Shown here: piece by piece, positions 49,568 through 62,990 of the stretch
How the letters are laid out: each line of letters begins with the position of its first letter
Numbering within the stretch: the stretch's first letter is position 1
Assembly (NCBI RefSeq): GCF_006345805.1
Contig: NC_043009.1
Location: 54,994,001 to 55,058,000, forward strand
Source of the DNA: Octopus sinensis
Taxonomy: Eukaryota
DNA: 64,000 bases
Reading direction: 5' to 3'
Translations under genes and position numbers: made by a program
Notes under the pieces: model-generated
Databases searched by the model: none
Told to the model about the DNA's origin: nothing
What the model saw: the letters and a program-made list of their open reading frames with translations, nothing else

Positions 49568-51231
49568 ATATATCAACAGCTCATGTGGTATTGCCACCAA
49601 GAAATGCAGATTTTCCATCTTTCACATAGATTCTTTTATATACATGTGTGTGTGTATCATCATTATCATCATTGTTTAACAAGCATTTTCCATGCAGGCA
49701 TGGGTTGGAAGACTTGAAAGGAGCTGCACAAAGTTCCAAAGTCTATTTTGGCTTGGTTTCTAAAGTTGGATGTCCTTCCTAACACCAACCACTTTACAGA
49801 GTGTATTGGGTGCTTTTTATGTGGCACCAGCACCATGTGTGTGTGTGTATCTGTGTGTATAAATATATATATATATACATATATATACACACATATGTGT
49901 GCGTGTGTATGTAAGTATATATGTATGTATGTATAGGTGCATGGCTCAGTGGTTAGAGCGTCAGGCTCACAATCATGGGGTAGTGAGTTCAATTCTCAAA
50001 CCATGCTGTGTGTTGTGTTCTTGAGCAATGACACTTTACTTCACTTTGCTCCAGTTCACTCAACTGTAGAAATGAGTTGTGACGTCACTGGTGCCAAACT
50101 GTATGGGCCTTTGCCTTTCCTTTGGATAACATCAGTGGTGTGCAGAGGGGAACCTGGTATGCATGGATGACTGCTGGTCTTCCATAAAAACCCTTGCCCG
50201 GACTTGTGCCTTGGAGGGTAACTTTACACCTTCTCCTTGACTTACAACCTATGCGACTTATGACCACAAAAAATAAATTTTAAAAAAATAAATTTTCAGA
50301 CATTGGGCAGGTATGCATATGTTAACTATGACAGCATCTGGCAACGCAGGCCTCCCTCAGATGCGATTGTAAAGCAAGCTCCATAACCGTAGAGCCATGC
50401 CTACATCTGTACAAACATTCAAAACATAGTTCTGTTCAACAAGAGGAAAAAATGCAGTATATACTTATTATATGCTGCTCCCTGGCTAAGAGAGGGAAAT
50501 GGGTGGTTGGCAAAGTGAAGATTCGCTTATCACATATGCCAACACCAGTAATCATTATCATCACAATCTACATCATGAAGATTATAATCACCAGCAGCAG
50601 CAGCAGCAGTAGCAGAATCTTTGTCATGATTGTTTCTGTTGGTGCCATCATCATCATCACTCTTGCTACAATCACCATCACCATTGTCCTCAAATTAACA
50701 AGAGATCCTGCACAAAGTCATACGACTTGCTAGAAATAGCAGCCCAGTGTCCTTAAAATCACATTTTACCATCTTAAAAAGAGTCCCTGATAAATATAAA
50801 AAGAAGAGATTGTCACAACTGAATCATTTTAAATTGTACAAGTCTGATTAATTAGACTGACCAAGAGCTAAATCACAACTTCCATTACTACTATCACCAT
50901 AACCCTACCACTACCACCACCATCTGAATCACCATCACAACCGCCACCACTATCACTACCACCATTACTACCATTAGCTCACCACTACCATAAGCCCACA
51001 ATTACCATCACTACCACAACCACCACTATCATCATTTTTAGAGTCCTGGATATATTCTAGACTAAACAAAGTGGGCAAAGTATCTACCCATAATGTAATT
51101 TAGTCTGCTTTCGCTTCCCTCTTTAGAATATATATTTATTTACTCCTATTCTCGTGAATAAAAAAAAGTTCTTAGAAGGTAGAGGATACAATAGAAAACA
51201 AATCTATCCACTTTCAACCTTTATCACATCA

Positions 51232-51245
51232 GTCACCATAGTAAC
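51232..51245. promoter_or_regulatory. Degenerate X-box GTCACCATAGTAAC
   Basis: Fits the GTHNYYATRRNAAC consensus; could be a chance match. Confidence 0.2.
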
Positions 51246-52344
51246 AGTGTTCTCTATTTCATAGTTCATTAATCAGTACAATGAAATTTCCAGTGTTCCA
51301 AATAGTTGTTTTTCATAATTGAATAATCGACCATGAAAATGGTAATGGGTGTCTGTGACTACCACACACGTTGTTTTGATGGTTATTTCTTTCACATTGA
51401 GCAATGCTTATGTAAGCACCCTCAGGTCTCAAATTTGTCAAGAAGATTGTGGGATGTTTTTAACATATTGTCTTATATTTCTCTCAAAGTGAAATTGCTG
51501 CAACAAGGAAGGAATTGAAACTGAGTGGTTACAGAATTAATTTGCCAAAGGCTGTGATTATAAGAAACTGCATCTGAAGTGTATATTTTATAAATGTAAG
51601 GGATGTTATTTCTAGATTAGCATAAGCCTTCAACTCCAGACACTTTTTTTAAAAACAAATTTGAAGTAAAATTTAATTTACAAAGTAGGAACCTATTTTC
51701 TATACCCCTGTATCACTAACAGATTTATGCTAGAATGTCTTATATTTATACATAGCAAACATCATCATCAGCATTTAACAACTATTTCTCCATGCTTGCA
51801 TAGGTCAGACAAAATTTGTTGAAGCAGGTTTTCTACAGCAAGATGCCCTTTTGTTCCAAGCAAGATAATATTTTCCCATAGGTAAACATGTTTCTCATGG
51901 AAGACTGTAAACAAACAACATTACTCATAAGACAATAATGGTTATTTACAACCATCACAATATCTACACAAGGGTACACATAAATATAAGCACATGATGG
52001 GCTCCTTTCAGATTCCATCTACCAAATCCTTTCACAAGGCTTTGGTTGACCCATGGCTATAGTAAAAGACATCTGCCCATAGAGCAACATTGTGGGACCA
52101 AGACCATATGATTGGGAAATAAGCTTCTTGACCAAACAGCCATGCCTCCACCTATACATGGTATGTACAACTTCAAAAGTAACCTTCAACTAGAGGTAAA
52201 AATAAAAGAGTTGTACATAACATATATAACACATATATGTACCTAGCAACGATAGAGAAATGGATGGTTGATGAAGTGGAGAGTTACTTCTAACTACCAA
52301 CACCTGTAATAATTAGCATCATAATCACCATCAGATATATGCAC

Positions 52345-52508
52345 CCACTACACTCACGGAGTGGTTGGCATTAGGAAGGGCATCCAGCTGTAGAAACACT
52401 GCCAGATCAGACTGGAGCCTGGTGCAGCCTTCTGGCTTCCCAGACCCCTGTCAAACCGTCCAACCCATGTTAGCATGGAAAATGGACATTAAACGATGAT
52501 GATGATGA
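52345..52508 (+). mobile_element. 5'-truncated family-C element; further copies at 56252-56550(-) and 58088-58247(-)
   Basis: CACCCACTACACTCACGGAGTGGTTGGCATTAGGAAGGGCATCCAGCTGTAGAAACACTGCCAGATC..(GAT)n. Confidence 0.85.
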
Positions 52509-53403
52509 TATCAGATTTATGACATCTGGTAAATCACTGAGCTTGTGGCACTTGTTACACCAAACCAGTACAAATTTGAATAATGAGCTACTGAGACTAG
52601 TTTAGCTCACTAAAATAATAATAAACTCCTCTTTACTCTGCATTGTCTCTGCTCATTTAAGGTAAGGGTCCAGTGTATGGCAATAGCAACATCCTATTAA
52701 TGTTTGGCACCTTGAGTGTCTTCTACTATAGCCTCAGGCCAACCAAAGCCTTGTGAGTGGATTTGGTCTGTGTTTGTCTCCCCACCACCTTCGCTTGACA
52801 ACCAATGCTGGTGTGTTTATGTAACTTAGCAGTTCGACAAAAGCGACTGAGAGAATAAGTACTAGGCTTACAAAGAATAAGACCTGGGTGGGGGAACGAT
52901 TTCTTTGATTAAAACTCTTTATGGTGGTGCCCCAGTGGGGCCACAGTCAAATGACTGAAACAAAAGAATAAAAAAAATAATAATATTCCAATATGTGTGT
53001 GTATGTGCATGTAGCTTTCTTACTATCACATATATTTGAGTATGCAAGCAGTACTACTATGTGTGTGACTGTAGCTGTAGCGCTGTCCCATATACATGAG
53101 TACTATTCTCACATGTGAGTGCAGAACTCAAATCATCTCGCATGAGTGAAAAGTACTCCAGTATATATGTGTGTGTGAGTGAGTGAGTATATGTGTGTAG
53201 CAGTTATATCATCCCATATACTTGTGCACTGCTCCAATATGACTATATATGAGGGAGGGTGTATATATTCAAATACATCATGAAGTTAAAAAGCCATTAA
53301 GAATAACACCATTAGATTTACCTTTAACATATTAGACATTGCTACATTTACCTCTAATCATCTGTTCCCTAGCAGTCATTGCAGACTTTGTTTAAGTATT
53401 TAA

Positions 53404-53790
53404 CCCTTTTGTTACCAACCCGGCTGAAACCGGCTCTGGCTCTGTGTACAAATGTCTTGTTTTCATAAGTTTTGAATTAGAATCTTCCACCAAACCTTAG
53501 TCACAATTTATGTTCCTAAAACTAGCTTAATGATAACTAAGTTATTTTACTAAATTCTTTATTATACTTTGGTATTCAGATTACTCTGTCAAATTTAATA
53601 TTTTTTTTTAAAAATCACATAGTTTTGAATTAATCATGCAGTATCTTGTAACTTTGAGATTTTAAATGAGGTGACTGTATATTTTTAGAATGACATTGTT
53701 GGGAAGGTACCAGAGGCCAGATTTTGACAGCTTGAACATAAAACTAGGTGAATATTCAGGTCAGAAATGGCCGGTTTAAATGCTAAAGGG
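53404..53790. mobile_element. piggyBac-like MITE with TTAA TSD, apparently a chimera of two MITE families
   Basis: TTAA|CCCTTTTGTTACC ... TGCTAAAGGG|TTAA; left part matches 61460-61667, right part matches 32020-32230. Confidence 0.75.
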
Positions 53791-54565
53791 TTAAACTCAA
53801 GCACACCTCTTTTGTGTGTGCATGATATAGGAGAGGAAGACTTCAACAAGCCAATTCTACCACCTGCTTCATGTCACTTAGGTCATTGACACTCAATGCT
53901 GTGATCAGCAGCATTTTCTCTTACAATAAATCCTTAGAATTATCATTGTCACCATTAACCCTGGGAAACTACTGACTCAAGTGCTGGGACTGAGGAATTA
54001 CAACCGTGTTTCGTGGTCTGCTACCACAACAGCTCCTTTATAGGATCCAGTTAGCTCAAGACATCATCAGGACGAACCACATCCAGTTTCGGCCCCTACT
54101 CCTCTACTGTTTTGACGTGGCAGGGCACCCCCTTTCAAAGGTGTCTTCAGCTCTGGTGTTGGGTGCATGTCTTCTTTCTTCTGTTCCCTGGCCTCTTCGA
54201 TGTATCGTCAGCCGGTGACTGACTGTCTTGTCAAATTTCTCCCTTTAAATTTGTTGGTTGCTTATTTTCCATAGTCTATAAATGGTGAAAATCACAATAC
54301 TCCCACTGAACAAGATGCCAGTCCATCACAGGGTTTCTCGTTTACAGGTGAGAGGACTGGAGCAATGTGAAATGAAGTGCTTTGCTCAAAACTACAGTGA
54401 GCTACTCAGTCCAGGAATCGAAACCATGATCTTGTAATCATGAGTGCATATCCTAACCACCAGGCCATGTATGTATCGTCACTCTTGGAATTATGACCAT
54501 CAGGCTCTTTTTGACTTTTACATTTCCTAAGCTACTTACCAATACCGATGCCTGTGTGTAAGACA

Positions 54566-54967
54566 CTCTCTTTACTCTATTACTTGTTTCAGTCATGCGG
54601 CCATGCTGGAGCACCACCTTTAGTCGAACAACTCGACCCCGGGACTTATACTTTTGTAAGCCCAGTACTTATTCTATTGGTCTCTTTTGCCGAACCGCTA
54701 AGTGACGGGGACATAAACACACCAGCATCAGTTGTCAAGCAATGCTAGGGGGACAAACACAGACACACAAACACACACGCACATAATATATATATACATA
54801 TATACGACGGGCTTCTTTCAGTTTCTGTCTACCAAATCCACTCACAAGGCTTTGGTCGGCCCGAGGCTATAGTAGAAGACACTTGCCCAAGGTGCCACGC
54901 AGTGGGACTGAACCCGGAACCATGTGGTTGGTAAGCAAGCTACTTGCCATACAGCCATTCCTGCACA
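54566..54967 (-). mobile_element. Full-length family-A SINE
   Basis: Reverse complement of the 20726-21149 type, with CpGs largely intact. Confidence 0.9.
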
Positions 54968-55129
54968 CATTTCTTTATTCTTAAATGCAACAAACAATTG
55001 GCATACATATAATGCAAAGGTATTACAGAAGGGATACCAAGTGTACGAATGTATGATCCATTTTTTTTTTTTTTAAATATACTTTTTTCTACAAAAATGT
55101 AGGAATATTCTCCCATTTTATGTTCAAAG

Positions 55130-55521
55130 CTCAGAATGAATGACCACATCCTCAGATAACTGATGTATGGTGAGCTGAAGGAAGGTACAAAGCAACAAGG
55201 AAGACCCAAGTTGAGATATAAGAACAGCCTAAAGGGCAACCTAAAGCAGTGTGACACCCAGCCTTGCAAACTCGAGACCACAATCACAAACAGGGCTACC
55301 AGGAGGGTCAACCACCTACACTGCTGTAGCTGCTTTTGAAGAGGACAGACGTCACAGGGCCACATCATCCTCAGTCCCAACCACACACTACCAATGTCCA
55401 GTCTGTAGGCACCTGTGTGCTTCTGGCCTTGGGCTGTGGAGCCACATGTATTCCCACCACTGACTACTGAGGTCACATGCTTATGAGACCACAGAGATCG
55501 ATGGACTACCAAGAAGAAGAA
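55130..55521 (+). mobile_element. RTE-clade LINE 3' end with (AAG)n tail
   Basis: LRMNDHILR*LMYGELKEGTKQQGRPKLRYKNSLKGNLKQC../..CPVCRHLCASGLGLWSHMYSH* (YGEL..G.R..GRPK.RYKD plus terminal C2H2-like motif), then GATGGACTACCAAGAAGAAGAA. Confidence 0.85.
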
Positions 55522-56657
55522 TATACTACAGTAGATTTAACAGTATATTTTGGTTCTGTTATGTAATATAACAGTAAATGCCAAATAAAGAAATTTTTGT
55601 AATTAAGAGAGATATTTCTTGATGCCATTCAGAAAGCTACGAATGTCATACTGACCCTCTGTTTCTTCACCCCCAACTAATATTATAATGAAGGTTCTTG
55701 TCTATATTAAGAAATTGTACATTTATGTGGTTTTGGGTTGTTGTTTTTATTCTCTTCACACTTTAATCACTGAAAATATGCCAGGAAGACAGAAAAAGAA
55801 AACAAAACAGGAACTTAAAACATCTGACAATGAAAGATCAATAGCAAATAGCAACAACCCTCACTGAAGCAGACTGGCAAAGAGAAAGAAGCCTTCTACA
55901 CTAGCTTCATGCAATATATATGTGTGTATATATATATATAAGTATGGAGGGGAGTGAAGAGTGTGCAAGTAGATCGACAAAAATAAACTTTCTATAATAT
56001 GTAGCAATGAGGATAAAGCTTATCTCGCAATTAATATTAGCCACTGAACAGGTAATATACTTATACACACTTATACACATGTCTCAACCTCATTTAATGT
56101 CTGTCTTCCTTGCTGGCATATACATATGTATGTGTGTGTGTGTGTGTGTGTGGTTGCATGCATGTATACTGAAACACATTATCCATACATGCATAAATAC
56201 AATAAATAAAGATACATACATACACATATACATGTTTCACTTATAGAGACATCATCATCATCATCATCGTTTAACGTCCGCTTTCCATGCTAGCATGGGT
56301 TGGACAATTTGACTGAGGAGTGGCGAACCAGATGGCTGTACCAGGCTCCAATCTTGATCTGGCAGGGTTTCTACAGCTGGATGCCCTTCCTAATGCCAAC
56401 CACTCTGAGAGTGTAGTGGGTGCTTTTACGTGCCACCGGCACAAGGTCCAGTCAGGCGGTACTGGCAATGGCCATGCTCAAATGGTGTTTTTTTACGTGC
56501 CACCTGCACAGAAGCCAGTCCAGTGGCACTGGCAACGACCTCACTCGAATGTTTTTTTTACACATGTATTTATACATATATTCACAAATATATGCATATA
56601 CACATATATGTACTTATTATGTAGGAATGTAATATATATGCATCTATATGTGTATAT

Positions 56658-56702
<45 letters not shown>

Positions 56703-57816
56703 CTAAAACCCATTCTCCCAATCTTCTATGTTACCCTATTTCTTCCACTTGGTCCTCTGCTGAACTGATTGTCCAAATCGCTCACTATCTGATTATTTGT
56801 TACACAAATTTCAATCAATGCACTTACCTATACATCCACCTTTTCTGCTCTTCTTGTGCCTGGACCTCACATCTCTCTCATTCTCTTTCCAAGTAGGCAA
56901 GCCATGTATTAACCTCTTCAGCTGACACCTACTCCTAGTCCCTCAATCATATTTTCTTATGCTTCTATTCTTTACCCCACTCAGTCTAAGAGACTTATCT
57001 TGCAGGTACTTGGTGACCTTACCGGTGCAATTGCTAGATAAAAAGCACCCAGTACACTCTGTTTATTGGTTGGCTTTAGGAAGGACATACAGCTGTAGAA
57101 ACTATGCCAAAACAAACTGTGAGCTTGGCACAACCCTGTGGCTCACCTGTTCTTGTCAAATCATCCAACCCATGCCACAATGGAAAGAGAGATTTTAAAT
57201 GATGATGATGATTATTTATATATAAGTATGCTGATGCAAACAGGGAAAATAGAACTCAAAATATGAGTATATGTATATTTTTATTAATATTTCACAGAAG
57301 TAACAGAATGACTCAAGGTCCAAGAGTTTTGTGTGCTTGCACACACACACACACATATATATATATATAAGACAAACTATTAGAATCTCTAGCATGCCAG
57401 ACAAAATGTTTGGCAGCATTTTGTCCTTTCCGTTCTGAGATCAAATTTACCTTTGATGGTCAATAAAATAAGTATCAGCTGATCACTGGGGTCAACGTAA
57501 TCAACTAAACCCCTCCTTTGAAAGCTATTGGCTTTGTACCAGAAGGTGCGAGACTTAGAGGTTAGGATATTGCACTCACGAGATCAGAGTTTCAATTCCC
57601 AGACAGGCAATGATTTAGCTCTTGAGCAAAATACTTAATTTCATGTTGCTCTAGTCCACTCAGCTGTCAATGTAACAGTCTGGCATTCCATTCAGGGGGG
57701 AATGTTGGCCTGCCAACCTAGACAGCTGGAGTGACATCGTTTAAAAGCAAAAACAATGTGGAGCACATGGTGACCAGCTGTTGTGAATAACAACATTCAA
57801 TAATTTGGTCGATAGA

Positions 57817-57857
<41 letters not shown>

Positions 57858-57992
57858 TATATATATATACATATATAAATGTGTGTGTATATATATATAT
57901 GTGTGTGTGTACAAACACACACATATATATATTATTATAATTTTAAATCCACTTTTCCATCTTTGCATGAATCAGACGATATATGTATGAGT

Positions 57993-58030
<38 letters not shown>

Positions 58031-58413
58031 CACGTGATCACGTGACCAACCATGCACCTCCACTTGGCCAAGAGGTAGGTTCATCTGCTTTCCATGCTAG
58101 CATGGGTTGGACGGTTCAACTGGGGTCTGTGAAGCCAGAAGGCTGCACCAGTCCCAGTCTGATCTGGCAGTGTTTCTACAGCTGGATGCCCTTCCTAATG
58201 CCAACCACTCCGTGAGTGTAGTGGGTGCTTTTTACGTGCCACCGGCATATATATATATGAGTAGATAGAGAAATGCAAAGCTGTGTGGTTTAGAAGCTTG
58301 CTTACCAACCATATGGTCTTGGGTTCAAACCCACTGTATGACTCCTTGGGTAAGTGTCGTTTATTACTCCAGGTTAACCAGACTAGTGAGGGGATTTGAT
58401 AAATATGTGTGTA

Positions 58414-58466
<53 letters not shown>

Positions 58467-58566
58467 GATGGTATTATTAACTATCATTATATATATATAT
58501 ATATATATATATGCAAGCATGGAAGGTGGACATTAAAGGATGATGATATATATACGTACATATATG

Positions 58567-58609
<43 letters not shown>

Positions 58610-58826
58610 CCAAACGTGTATATGTATATACATACGTACATATATATAGGATGGTCTAAAAGTCCCGAAGTTGGTAGAACAGCTGAAGCCACCAGATTAT
58701 GCACCCATATCACAATATGCAGTCAGGCTTCGTGACTTCTGGCCCACCCTCTACATATCATACGCACATTATATGCATCTATTTATACAAATTGATACAC
58801 ACACATTTTTAATAATATTTAGCAGA

Positions 58827-58885
<59 letters not shown>

Positions 58886-59152
58886 TATACACACACAGAT
58901 TCGTATGAGTGTATAGATAGATACATAGATACGTAATAAAACACACACTTATAAACATACATATGTATATACACCCTCACATGCACATATATATTATGCA
59001 CGATCTGAATCAACAGCAGGTCCGCATATTTTTTCTGACCTTTATCTAAATTATTCAGGAATAGAACCCTTACATAATACATTCTATTTTCTTCACCTGT
59101 TCAACGCTAAATATCACATGATGACAGCTCAAGAGTTAGCCAGACACATACA

Positions 59153-59195
<43 letters not shown>

Positions 59196-59199
59196 GTAA

Positions 59200-60540
59200 T
59201 AGTAATGATAATAAATGTGCGTATAAATAAAGGATTGAAAATAGGAACAGCTTCCTGTGACGATTCGATCAATCATGAAACTTCGATGAGCTTCGTTATA
59301 TGTGGACATGGAAAGGATAGGTAGATATGAATAAAAATGAGGACTTTGATTTTTTTTTTCCTCCATGCCATCATACAACAGAGAAAAATATATACATTGA
59401 ATAAATATACTTAGAAAGAATTTCTAGTTCATTTGAGAAATCGATAAACAATAAATTGACAGAGAGAATAAGAAGAAAAAAAATTCTAGTTGTTAGGTAG
59501 CTTGTTAGATCGGTGCCTATGTATTTTATTTATAGAAGCGAATAATAAACGTAATTGTTTAGAGATGAAAATATATGTTCATCTGCTTGCTATAATTGTA
59601 AAGAGCAAATAATACTCATGCTAGATAGCTCTTTATTTTGCTTAATATTCTACTAATGTGTCAAATTATAATACATTAACATATACGCCCACAAAATAAA
59701 AAGAATAAAAAGTAAATAAAATGTTATTTTTAAAAATTGAACTCTGTTTTTGATATTCTTAAGAAAAACATAGCTACGTGTGTTAACAATAGATATAATA
59801 TTGAGTAACACAGAAGGGTGGGTGATGATCTCATAAGAAAAAGAAACAAAACCTGAGTGTAAATTATGATAAATAAAACAGGTGTATGAATGTATATATA
59901 TATAAAGAAATATACATATATGTGCATGAAATTGTTTCATTTTCATATCTATAGCTTTTATATTTATCTTCACTGACATTCAGAACTGGGTAAGCTTCTA
60001 AAATGGTAATGGTAAATCTAGTTTAATGGGATAATTAATTATTTGGTCACAGGTATCAACTGTTGTCAAGTGAGTGGCCGGTTAATTTGTGCTGAAGCAT
60101 TTCAGAGCAATTCTTGAAAAAATTCATTCGCAGAAATATTCTTATATAATTAACCATGTGTAGAAAAAAATGCAAATATTTTCCTTTAAATATCACGAAT
60201 TCGAATGACATAGTCGCACGTAAATGCATTGCCACGTTTACTAACCTTAGAAGTCCTGATAAATTCCATTTTCCTGATTCCGTCAAGTGTTTTTCTTGTT
60301 TACAGCTTTCAATCCTCCATGTTACAAGGTTAGTCACATCTCATCGATATCAGCACAAGAGATATTTTCAGATTTATTATTCCTTCTTGACGATAATCTG
60401 CAACAAATCTTCCTTTATAATAAAAAAACAAAACAAAATATTACAACTAAAATTTTAATCGTATTTTTTTTATATTATAAATTTGTTTTCATATTTTTAT
60501 AGTTTCGTATTCTGGGTTTGAGAGTTTTGTCAACTGCAAC
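59200..60540. promoter_or_regulatory. CpG-retaining, SINE-free promoter-like region upstream of the + strand exon
   Basis: By eye CG dinucleotides are more frequent and SINEs absent compared with 1-59000; lies directly 5' of the ATG at 60541. Confidence 0.45.
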
Positions 60541-60605
60541 ATGATGGCGGCTGGAGGAGGTTTTACGTTTGGACTCTCTCCGGCTCCAGCATTCGGTGCC
60601 ACAAG
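60541..60605 (+). CDS. First coding exon of a probable FG-repeat nucleoporin (Nup62/Nup58/Nup54/Nup98-like N-terminus): MMAAGGGFTFGLSPAPAFGAT
   Basis: CAAC-ATG-ATG-GCG start context; GC-rich codons in AT-rich surroundings; FTFG and AFG motifs in G/A/S/P/T-rich sequence; AG|GTAACC donor at 60606 (phase 2). Next exons not seen in the window. Confidence 0.7.
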
Positions 60606-61459
60606 GTAACCATAATTTATATCAATACTTTTATTATGTTAAAATGAAAAACGATCTTTCTTTCTGTGTTCTACGTCGTTGAATTATTTTTTATTATGAT
60701 TAATGATTAATTACACTTTAAATCTTCCGAAGACAAAATTAAAGAATTTCATCAACTCTCTCTCTCTCTCATAACATTCATTGATAGAAAATAAATCGAT
60801 AATCGGTTTTTAAACATGAGAGTAATACAAACTATATATATATGAAATGCACTCAAAGATTTCAAGTGAAAAACCATCATAATTTACGGATATAAAACAA
60901 GCTCGTCACATAAAATCGGTCTTTATTGTGGCCTACATTAAGGAACCAAATGTATAGCAGTTCAACTCATCATCATTACGATGTGTTTTTCTTCATATAA
61001 TCTCTATGTTTGTATTCATTAACATATAAAAAAAATCTATTAGTCCTAGTTAATTGCCATTTTATTTTCACTATAAAGTTTTATTCTATAAAGTTCATTT
61101 GATAGCAAATACGTGTTTTATTTGTTCGTAAATAATTACGTAAAAAATGACTTCATACAAATGAATTCGTTATATTTAAGAAGGGAAGAAACTCTTATTT
61201 ATTTCTATGAAATACAGTATGTGACTTATATATTTTTCAGAGCGGGAAAAATTATTAAAGATTTATTTACTGTTTGATTACTTTATAAAAATGTATGGTT
61301 TGTTATGAAATATAAAATTTGGTAAAATGCCTTGGCATGAAAATCGGTTAAATCTAGGCCTTTAAGTCACTCTTGTTGCTTCTTAGCAGATGTACTAATA
61401 CTCAGGTTTTGTATATTGAATTCTAAATTTCCTGTTTCTAGATAGAACAATGTTACCAT

Positions 61460-61667
61460 ATTTTCATTACCAACCTGGCTCTGAGTACTGCCCAAATGTC
61501 TTGTTTTCATAAGTTTTGAATTAAAATCTTCCACCAAACCTTAGTCACAATTTATGTTCCCAACACTAGCTGAATGATAACTAAGTTGTTTTACAAAATT
61601 CTTTCATATATTTAAAGTAATTGAAAGAAATACAATGCATCTCAAAATAAATACAGTAACGAAAGGG
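61460..61667. mobile_element. piggyBac-like MITE lacking its left end
   Basis: Matches the left part of 53404-53790 and ends GTAACGAAAGGG|TTAA. Confidence 0.7.
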
Positions 61668-62300
61668 TTAACTTCTTTTAAACGTGAAAATCTCAAACGT
61701 TTAAAAAAAATAACAATTCTAGCTTCATATATTCTAACCACATCCAAACAGTTTGAAATCCTGTGCAAAAAATCCATGTAAAACGGAAAATTGTGCGACT
61801 TGTAAGCAGTTCAAGTGTGGTCAATGTACTCTTACATGTGATGCACATATGCACCATACATGCACATTTTATGGATTAATACATTGCAGGTGTCAAATCT
61901 GAATTGAAACACTCTTCTAAATGCTTTACAATGTTGCCATATTTACGAAACTAATACGGATATAATTGAATCCTTGGTCACCGTGGAGGTTGGTTTCGCT
62001 ACCAGGCAGTTTACAAACGTCGTGAATATACCTGTTTCTACCTCGAAGCGTTATTGAGATGCCAACTGACCATCGACAACCAGTAAAGACCTCGTATCAC
62101 CACAGCCATATTGTGAGACATGCGTAAAACAGTTTTCACTCCGCCACGGACACCACTTCCTTGGAAACATTCATCAATGTTTCCGCAAATAATCTCCGTT
62201 ACAATCATAACATACGTATACCTGCCCCTGGGTGGGGGGCACAAATTTTCAACAAAAACTGCTTAGATGCTGTAGATTCAGAGTACATAAGGGTTTATGG

Positions 62301-62990
62301 GAAAGAATTTTTCCGAGTGGGTAGGGAGATGAGTTTCGGAAAATTCACACGATTCATTTTTTTTTTCTTTCATAACTTTCAGGAAAATGGATATCTTTTA
62401 ATCAAATTTTATTCAAATACCTTTCAAACAGCATAAATTATGATTATCAAGAAATTTGTGGGGGAATTTATCATTCCATAAAATGTGTTTAATAGAAAAA
62501 TATTGAAAGAAAACAATACATGTGAGAGGTGAAAACGTGGGGGGGGGGTGCTAGGAACGACAGCCAAATCTCCCTTGAATTGTACACCTTTTCTTCTGAA
62601 AATATTTACATTTTTTTTAATCGAAAAGCCTCCTCCCATGGTTAAAAAAAATTGGTGAAGAATTGGGATGAGGGAGGTGAAAAAAATTTCTTTTCTATTT
62701 TTCATATAAAGATGCCTCCCCCACATTATTTCGAAGGCTGTTGTGAAATAAAAAAAAAATGGGGAAAATCCCCGTCAAAACGGAGTAGTTTCAACTTTTA
62801 TGGTCTTCCTAATCCAAAAATCTGTTTCTCCAAAAATTTCTTTATAATGGTTAATCTATGCCGTTTGAAAGGTATTTGTATGAAATTTCATTAAAAGATA
62901 CTCATTTTCCTGAAAGTTATGAGGGGGAAAAGGTCGGATTGTGTGAATTTTCCGAAACTCCTCTCCTTACCGCTCGGAAAAATTCTTCAG
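62301..62990. mobile_element. Fold-back-like non-autonomous element with ~165-bp imperfect inverted arms
   Basis: 62301-62465 (GAATTTTTCCGAGTGG..GTTTCGGAAAATTCACAC..CATAACTTTCAGGAAAATG..AAATACCTTTCAAAC) pairs with 62826-62990. Confidence 0.7.

Noticed and set aside
54940-55512. Longest ORF in the track (190 aa, minus strand)
   Set aside because: It is the antisense of the RTE 3' fragment plus flanking sequence and starts at a non-ATG codon
56600-58900. Many Tyr/Ile-rich ORFs
   Set aside because: Translations of (TA)n and (CA)n microsatellites
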